DNA of 32,000 nt, taken from assembly GCF_000011325.1 (NCBI RefSeq), contig NC_003450.3:2790001-2822000 (forward strand). The letters are read 5' to 3'. Below are positions 26,410 to 32,000 of the stretch, piece by piece; position 1 is the first letter of the stretch, and every line of letters starts with the position of its first letter. The translations under genes and the position numbers were made by a program. The DNA comes from Corynebacterium glutamicum ATCC 13032. GTDB lineage: Bacteria > Actinomycetota > Actinomycetes > Mycobacteriales > Mycobacteriaceae. The notes beneath the pieces were generated by a model. The model did no database searches, was not told the DNA's origin, and saw only the letters and a program-made list of their open reading frames with translations.

Positions 26410-27321
26410 ATGACTGATCCCACTTGCACCCTTGCCCTTGATATTGGTGCCACAAAGATTGCCTACGCACTAGTCCCCGATAACACCCCGACGACAACAT
26501 TGTCCACGGGACGCTTGGGAACAAAAGAAGGCGACAGCCCTATCGAGCAGATCCGGCTGGTTCTTCTGGCAGGCTTAAAAGCTGCCGAGGAACACGGTCT
26601 CAGTGTCGCCCGCATCGGCATGGGCGCTCCTGGTGTAATTCTGGGACCAGAGGGAACCATCGTGTACAACGGTGAAACCCTCACAGAGTGGGCAGGCACT
26701 GACCTGCGAGGATTATCCCGAGAAGTCCTCAACGTTCCATTCGCGGCACACAATGATGTCCGCGTATGGGCCTACGGTGAGCACCACTTAGGCACCGGCA
26801 AAGACCTCACCGGCAGGGTACTCTACGTGTCCCTCGGCACTGGAGTCGGCGGAGCAATCATCGAAGACGGAATCATGATGAGTAGCCCCACTGGAACTGC
26901 GGGAGAATTCGCAGAAGTTGTGTGCTCTGACCATGCAGGATTAGCCGTTCGGTGCGAAAATGTAGCAAGTGGCACCGGCCTAACCAGGTACTACAACGAG
27001 GCCGCCGCAACTCAACTTGACCTTCCCGCCATCATGGAGCGCTTCCACCAAGGTGACGGCCTGGCACAGCAAATCATTACTGGAAATCTCCGAGGCTTTG
27101 GCCAAGCGCTAGGCGCATTAGTCACAGTGCTGGACCTTTCCGCAGTAGTAGTTGGAGGCGGAGTCGCAGGCATCGGCGCACCCGTCATGGATCCCATCAC
27201 CGCAGGGATTTTCGATCGAGTGTTAACCCCCAACAAATCCGTACAAGTTTTAAGCACGTCCCTTGGTGCCCAAGCAGCCGTCATCGCAGCAGCAAAATAT
27301 GCCCGCGATAACGCCTTTTAA
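26410..27321 (+). CDS. nanK: ROK-family sugar kinase (N-acetylmannosamine kinase)
   Basis: ROK features (LALDIGATKIAYAL, GTGVGGAII). Located between nanA and nanE. Confidence 0.8.
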   Translation: MTDPTCTLALDIGATKIAYALVPDNTPTTTLSTGRLGTKEGDSPIEQIRLVLLAGLKAAEEHGLSVARIGMGAPGVILGPEGTIVYNGETLTEWAGTDLRGLSREVLNVPFAAHNDVRVWAYGEHHLGTGKDLTGRVLYVSLGTGVGGAIIEDGIMMSSPTGTAGEFAEVVCSDHAGLAVRCENVASGTGLTRYYNEAAATQLDLPAIMERFHQGDGLAQQIITGNLRGFGQALGALVTVLDLSAVVVGGGVAGIGAPVMDPITAGIFDRVLTPNKSVQVLSTSLGAQAAVIAAAKYARDNAF

Positions 27322-27363
27322 GCACCTAAAACGCTGTTCTCAACACAGGAGTTTCCTTAAATA

Positions 27364-28062
27364 ATGGACTTAAATACTCAACGCTCAAAGCTCTACGCAC
27401 AGCTTCAAGGCCAGCTCATTGTTTCCGTGCAAGCTCCCGACGGCCATGCCATGCGAGATACCCATACGCTCACCCATGTGGCCGCAGCCTGTGTCGATGG
27501 CGGTGCTCCTGCCATTCGCTGTGGCGGTTACGGCGGTTTGGAAGATATCCGTTCAATCTCCAACCGTGTCGACGTTCCCGTTTTCGGACTCACCAAAGAA
27601 GGCTCCGAAGGAGTTTACATCACCCCAACCAGGGATTCCGTTCGAGCAGTGGCAGAATCCGGCGCCACTGTAGTCTGCGCGGATGCAACTTTCCGACCTA
27701 GGCCTGACGGCTCCACCTTTGCAGAGCTGGTCACTGTTGCCCACGATTCCGGAATTCTCATCATGGCGGACTGCGCAACTCCCGAAGAAGTTCTCAGTGC
27801 GCATAAGGCTGGCGCGGATTTTGTGTCCACCACGCTTGCTGGATACACCGAACACCGCGAGAAAACAGTCGGTCCAGATTTCGATTGCCTCCGCGAAGCA
27901 CGTGAGTTAGTTCCCGATGCGTTCCTCATTGGCGAAGGTCGCTTCTCCAACCCTGCGGATGTGGCGCACGGTCGTCTCATTGGTGCCAACGCGATCATCG
28001 TGGGCACCGCAATCACTGACCCTGGTTTCATCACTGGACAGTTCGCGTCACTGTTGCACTAG
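27364..28062 (+). CDS. nanE: N-acetylmannosamine-6-phosphate 2-epimerase
   Basis: 232-aa NanE-family TIM-barrel sequence (LIVSVQA, ADCAT, STTLAGYT, IVGTAIT). Confidence 0.85.
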   Translation: MDLNTQRSKLYAQLQGQLIVSVQAPDGHAMRDTHTLTHVAAACVDGGAPAIRCGGYGGLEDIRSISNRVDVPVFGLTKEGSEGVYITPTRDSVRAVAESGATVVCADATFRPRPDGSTFAELVTVAHDSGILIMADCATPEEVLSAHKAGADFVSTTLAGYTEHREKTVGPDFDCLREARELVPDAFLIGEGRFSNPADVAHGRLIGANAIIVGTAITDPGFITGQFASLLH

Positions 28063-28082
28063 CACTTAGTCCAGCGCTGCAC

Positions 28083-28130
28083 GGATCCACCACAAATCGC
28101 TCTGATCAGCGGTTTTGTGGTGGATTTTTG
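28083..28130 (+). terminator. Intrinsic terminator after nanE: long hairpin with perfect 12-bp outer arms ATCCACCACAAA / TTTGTGGTGGAT followed by T5
   Basis: Arms at 28085-28096 and 28114-28125. The inner part contains the palindrome CTGATCAG. T-run at 28125-28129. It starts 21 nt after the nanE stop. Confidence 0.7.
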
Positions 28131-28153
28131 CGTCTCATCTGCCTAAAAGCGCT

Positions 28154-28200
28154 AGGATCCACCACAGATTCCAAGATTCCTCAGGGATGTGGTGGATCCT
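28154..28200. repeat. Second hairpin built from the same GGATCCACCACA unit: perfect 13-bp arms AGGATCCACCACA / TGTGGTGGATCCT with a 21-nt loop
   Basis: Arms at 28154-28166 and 28188-28200. No T-tract follows directly on either strand. Confidence 0.6.
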
Positions 28201-28347
28201 TGCCCTGCTAACCCCCAGTAACCACACAGGAATCACACCAGCCTCAGTAGCCCCAAAAACAACAGTGCCAGAATCGCTTCTAAGAGCCCAACGACCCCAA
28301 AACCTACCCAGCACCCATCCCGCAATTAAAGGACCGCAAATCGGCCT

Positions 28348-29565
28348 CTACAGCCCCACTCCAAAATCCTGTTTAACTTCCCCCAACGAGCGACCATCAT
28401 AAGGAACCGTGACGCCGTAAGCCACTTCTCCACCCTTGCGGATATCAAAAACCAATTCATCCCCAATTTCCAGGGTCTGTCGCGCGGGCTTGCCTCGAGT
28501 GCGGATTTTTTGGGTGCTCGCGTCTGGATTGGACACAATTTTGAATACACCTTCACCCCATTGCGATGCGTCAGGCAGTGCGACTTCGATGCCGTCATGG
28601 TCATCGTTGATCACCACATGGCGGAGGGATATGGCATCGGAAATGGGCTCATCGATCCGCAGCGAAATATCATTTACGCTGATCACCGTGCATTTTATCG
28701 CGCGCGTTCCCTCTGCTTCCCACACCACGGCAACATCTCCGTTGGGCATTTCCGCAGCGGTTGAATAGGCGGCTTCTTCGCGCTCGATGGTGATGCGATG
28801 CGCCCAGGTCGCTCCTTCGTCGCTGGATAAATCAACCACCAAGTGGCGTCGCAGATCAGGGTCCGCCAGGTGCGTTGCGGCGAGCATTCCAGCCGCTTTC
28901 CAGTAGAACACGTGGCCGTTGCAGCCGGGGTCGATTAGTTCAGGCACAGGCTCCAGCGGAGTGAATGTCTCCCCGAAATCATCGGACACACTGCTCAGAC
29001 GGTGTCCCACCCCCCTGGAATGCAGCACAATCCGACCGCTCGGCAGCTGCGTCATCGCGGATTCGTTACCGCCGGCAATATCGGTGATGTGGCCATCGCT
29101 GCGCAGAATCCGAAGCGAAATCTCGCGCCCGCGCCGCACCACAAAACTCTGAATCCACCGCCCATCCGCCAGGACAAGTCCCGTCCCCGACGAGGCGAAC
29201 GCGGCATCAACATCCGCAAAATAGTGGGCCATGCTTATCGACGTCCACCCACTCACATCCCGGCGCGCCAGCCGGGGTTCAAGGTCGGTGGGATCCTCAA
29301 AAAATCCTGCGAGGTTGGACAATCCGTGGAAGCACAGATCGCCCGTGACAAGGCAGACATCGCCCACACCGCGGTGTTCAGTTTCGACGATTGCTGGTTC
29401 TGGGGTGGTCCAGGTGATGCCGTCTGAGGATCGCGCTGACACCACGTCGATGGGTGCGGGGAGGTCGTCAACACTGAGGCGGGCGTCGAAAAGCGTTAAA
29501 AGACCCTGATCCCAGACCAGCGCGGGAATGCGGTACAACCCGCGCGCAATGAGGCTAGTGCGCAT
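28348..29565 (-). CDS. Sialidase-like (BNR/Asp-box beta-propeller) protein, 405 aa, no N-terminal signal peptide
   Basis: YRIP motif at residues 11-14. Asp-box-like repeats SSDGITWT, SDDFGETFT, SSDEGATWA. The start codon lies inside the 3' end of nanR (11-nt overlap, 29555-29565). Confidence 0.75.
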   Translation of the reverse strand: MRTSLIARGLYRIPALVWDQGLLTLFDARLSVDDLPAPIDVVSARSSDGITWTTPEPAIVETEHRGVGDVCLVTGDLCFHGLSNLAGFFEDPTDLEPRLARRDVSGWTSISMAHYFADVDAAFASSGTGLVLADGRWIQSFVVRRGREISLRILRSDGHITDIAGGNESAMTQLPSGRIVLHSRGVGHRLSSVSDDFGETFTPLEPVPELIDPGCNGHVFYWKAAGMLAATHLADPDLRRHLVVDLSSDEGATWAHRITIEREEAAYSTAAEMPNGDVAVVWEAEGTRAIKCTVISVNDISLRIDEPISDAISLRHVVINDDHDGIEVALPDASQWGEGVFKIVSNPDASTQKIRTRGKPARQTLEIGDELVFDIRKGGEVAYGVTVPYDGRSLGEVKQDFGVGL

Positions 29566-30286
29566 CGAGCATGTTGGAAATCATGCGGCGAAACGGCGCG
29601 TAGTGAGCGAGCACGGCGCTGCGATAATCGTCGATGTTGCCGCTGGAGAGCGCTTCGACGATGTCGCTGTGAGCTTTGATGGTTTCGTCGATGTCTGCGG
29701 GCATAGCCAGATTGAGCATGGGCTGCGCCTCGGTTTGGATCTGCCAAAACGCATCGTTGAGCTCTCTAATCAGCGGGTTTTTCGTTCGCGCTAGGAGTGC
29801 TCGGTGGAATTTTTGATCCTCCACCACAAAGGATTCGCCCTGATCGTTGTGCTCGCGCATCTTGTCCACCAGATCAAGGAGTAGCTCGCGGTCATCGTCG
29901 GTGAACACCTCGATCAGCTCTTCGCCAAGTGAAAGGTCAAGGATTTCGCGGGTATCCACCACGTAGAAAAGGTTTTCCACCGAGGTGTCATTGTCCAACA
30001 CCGTGCGGAACACCATCCCGTTGATCAGGGGCTCGAGGGACATCCTGGACACGAAAGTGCCGTAGCCGTGGCGAACCTCGACGATGTCCAAGGTCACGAG
30101 CGCGCGGATCGCCTCCCTGATCGCAGAACGGGAACAACCCAATTCCTCACATAAGAACGCTTCGGAAGGAAGAAGGTCTCCCGTACGCAGCCGGTTGTCC
30201 CGAATGTATTTTTTAATGTCGCGCACTGCTTCTTGAGTAGTGGACCTTGATCGCGAAGTCTTTTTGGAGCTTTCCATTGTGTTCAC
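29555..30286 (-). CDS. nanR: GntR-family (FadR/FCD subfamily) transcriptional regulator NanR
   Basis: N-terminal GntR winged HTH (LPSEAFLCEELGCSRSAIREAIRAL) plus an all-helical C-terminal domain. Located between the sialidase-like gene and the sialic-acid ABC transporter. Confidence 0.85.
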   Translation of the reverse strand: MNTMESSKKTSRSRSTTQEAVRDIKKYIRDNRLRTGDLLPSEAFLCEELGCSRSAIREAIRALVTLDIVEVRHGYGTFVSRMSLEPLINGMVFRTVLDNDTSVENLFYVVDTREILDLSLGEELIEVFTDDDRELLLDLVDKMREHNDQGESFVVEDQKFHRALLARTKNPLIRELNDAFWQIQTEAQPMLNLAMPADIDETIKAHSDIVEALSSGNIDDYRSAVLAHYAPFRRMISNMLDAH

Positions 30287-30457
30287 TTCCTAATCTGGAG
30301 ATGGTTCTGATCATATCGACTGTCGTTTCCATCAGACCCCATCCGTCTTATCTGAAGTGCTTTCAGATGTTCTACCTGCAAGTTTCTAGACGGCACCCCA
30401 CTGTAGGGGTAAGTAAATGTGCATTTTCTGAAATGATTTCAAAAAATTTATTCCTAA

Positions 30458-30478
30458 ACGTCTGATGTCTGATGTATA
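30458..30478. promoter_or_regulatory. NanR-type operator ACGTCTGATGTCTGATGTATA in the nanR / siaE intergenic region
   Basis: Near-identical to the 21-mer at 25284-25304. Contains a tandem TGATGT(C/A). Its 3' end overlaps a -10-like TATATT (30475-30480), and a TTGACA lies at 30479-30484. Confidence 0.7.
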
Positions 30479-30584
30479 TTGACACTACAGCAATTCAATG
30501 ACACCGCTCACAATTTCTTTTAATGAGCATAGCGTCACAATTCAACTCACGGCCTGGGCCCCTCTTTTAAAAAGGATGTACCTC

Positions 30585-32000
30585 ATGAGCACCACGATTA
30601 CTCGCCGCAATTTCCTCCGAGCAACCGGAATCCTCGGTGTCGCAGCTGGCATCGGCGCAACACTTGCTGCATGTGCACCAGACAACACCGGCACCAGCGG
30701 ATCCACCTCCACCGCAGCTGGCACCGGAACTGCAAATGAAGAAGGCACCATCACCGCAGCCATCTCCTACGAACTGGGAACCAACGGCTACGACCCAATG
30801 ACCACCACCTCGGCTCTCACTGTGGCAGCCAACTGGCACACCCTTGAAGGCCTCACCGAAATCGACCCAGCCACCGGCGAGGTCTACGCAGCACTCGCCA
30901 GCGCACTGCCTTCAGCCGATGCGACCTCCCTAGACATCAAGCTTCGCGACGGCGCCACCTTCCACAACGGCGACGCAGTCACCGCAGACGACGTAGTCTT
31001 CTCTTTTGAGCGAGTCCTCGATCCAGCCAACAACTCCCTTTACGCATCCTTCATCCCATTCATCAAGTCAGTCACCAAGAAGGATGACACCACCGTCACC
31101 ATCGACCTCGACTACGCAACCGGCATCATCAGCGAACGCCTCGCAGTAGTAAAGATCGTGCCAAAGTCCGTCGTGGAAGCAGACGCATCCGGATTCGACG
31201 CCAACCCAATCGGCTCCGGCCCATACAAGATGACCGACAACGGTGCATCCAAGGTGGTCAAGTTCGAGCGCAACGACGACTACAACGGCCCACGCCCAGC
31301 ACGTGCCGCCAAGATGGAATGGCAGATCATCCCCGACGCCTCCACCCGCACCAACTCCCTTCAGTCCGGCAGCACCATGGCCATCGACTCCGTTCCATAC
31401 CTGTCGATCCCACAGCTTGAAGCCACCAGCACCGTAGAATCCGTCCAAGGATTCGGCCTCCTGTTCGCCATGTTCAACTGCTCCGAAGGCAACCCCTTCA
31501 ACGACGTCCGCAACCGCCAGGCATTCCTCTACGCACTGGACATGGACAAGATCGTTAAGACCGGCATGTCCGACCAGGCAACCCCAGCCACCTCCTTCGT
31601 GCAGAAGGAACACCCCAACTACAACCAGGCATCCACGGTCTACTCCCTCGACGCCGACAAAGCCAAGGCGCTGTTCGCTGAAACCGGCCTTACCAGCCTC
31701 AACCTCCTGTGCACCGACCACGACTGGGTCAAGAACTGCACCCCACTGATCCAGGAATCCCTCGCAGCCCTTGGCATCAACGTTTCCTTCACCGAACGTA
31801 AATCCGCCGACGTCTACAACACCATCGACGGCAAGCCAGAAGCATACGACGTCGTCATCGCCCCAGGTGACCCATCCGTCTTCGGCAACGACCCAGACCT
31901 CCTCATGCGCTGGTGGTACGCCGGCGACGTCTGGACCGACTCCCGCATGCACTGGAAGGGCAGCGAATCCTACGACCAGGTACAAAACCTCCTGGAAGAA
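30585..32000 (+). CDS. siaE: ABC-transporter substrate-binding lipoprotein, family 5 (sialic-acid binding protein), 5' partial (472 codons, continues beyond the window)
   Basis: Not in the ORF track because no stop is reached. I translated it by hand from ATG 30585 (SD AAAGGA). It starts MSTTITRRNFLRATGILGVAAGIGATLAAC (twin-arginine motif plus lipobox), followed by a typical family-5 SBP sequence (FHNGDAVTADDVVFSFERVLDP...). The frame is open to position 32000. Confidence 0.85.
   Translation, partial: MSTTITRRNFLRATGILGVAAGIGATLAACAPDNTGTSGSTSTAAGTGTANEEGTITAAISYELGTNGYDPMTTTSALTVAANWHTLEGLTEIDPATGEVYAALASALPSADATSLDIKLRDGATFHNGDAVTADDVVFSFERVLDPANNSLYASFIPFIKSVTKKDDTTVTIDLDYATGIISERLAVVKIVPKSVVEADASGFDANPIGSGPYKMTDNGASKVVKFERNDDYNGPRPARAAKMEWQIIPDASTRTNSLQSGSTMAIDSVPYLSIPQLEATSTVESVQGFGLLFAMFNCSEGNPFNDVRNRQAFLYALDMDKIVKTGMSDQATPATSFVQKEHPNYNQASTVYSLDADKAKALFAETGLTSLNLLCTDHDWVKNCTPLIQESLAALGINVSFTERKSADVYNTIDGKPEAYDVVIAPGDPSVFGNDPDLLMRWWYAGDVWTDSRMHWKGSESYDQVQNLLEE

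Noticed and set aside
28115-28402. 95-aa plus-strand ORF in the nanE / sialidase intergenic region
   Set aside because: It starts inside a terminator hairpin. The repeated MWWI reflects the hairpin repeat. There is no SD, the product is Pro/Ser/Thr-rich, and its 3' end overlaps the sialidase-like gene.
31068-31985. 305-aa minus-strand ORF (also 30542-30763 and 30567-30839, minus strand)
   Set aside because: Antisense to the convincing siaE-like plus-strand frame. The translation is a Gly/Val/Ala/Asp-rich low-complexity string typical of the reverse frame of a GC3-rich gene, with no SD or recognisable domain.
1-32000. CRISPR arrays, rRNA genes, toxin-antitoxin pairs, or defence-system gene sets
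   Set aside because: I scanned both strands for regularly spaced repeats and for characteristic gene pairs and found none. The only regular repeats are the IS ends, the palindromic element and the hairpin units reported above.

Overview
The window reads as a Corynebacterium glutamicum-type chromosomal segment. I recognise the ThrE, OtsA/OtsB, CysS, PtsS, NagA/NagB and Nan proteins from memory, and no search was run. Left to right: an AT-rich XRE-family gene; tRNA-Thr(UGU); thrE; a small Lys-rich protein; otsA, a META-type lipoprotein and otsB; the LacI-family regulator ipsA; a ZnuABC-like zinc importer; one complete IS (TG..CA ends, about 50-bp imperfect IRs, 14-bp target duplication) inserted into a palindromic repeat element; a minus-strand five-gene catabolic-looking cluster in which four consecutive genes carry independent lesions; rlmB-like methyltransferase; cysS; ptsS; scrB-nagB-nagA; divergent nanA-nanK-nanE; a leaderless-looking sialidase-like gene overlapping nanR; and the 5' part of the sialic-acid ABC binding protein siaE. 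That last gene runs off the window, is missing from the ORF track, and is masked there by spurious antisense ORFs. I found no CRISPR array, rRNA, or recognisable defence or toxin system. The points most worth a second look are sequence-level: the serially inactivated gene cluster; the IS and its palindromic MITE-like target; a 21-bp motif shared by the two nan intergenic regions (the NanR operator as I recall it); twin GGATCCACCACA hairpins; a 16-mer shared by two distant intergenic regions; a signal-peptide-less sialidase-like protein; and a histone-tail-like small protein upstream of otsA. Motif coordinates were counted by hand and may be off by 1-2 nt.
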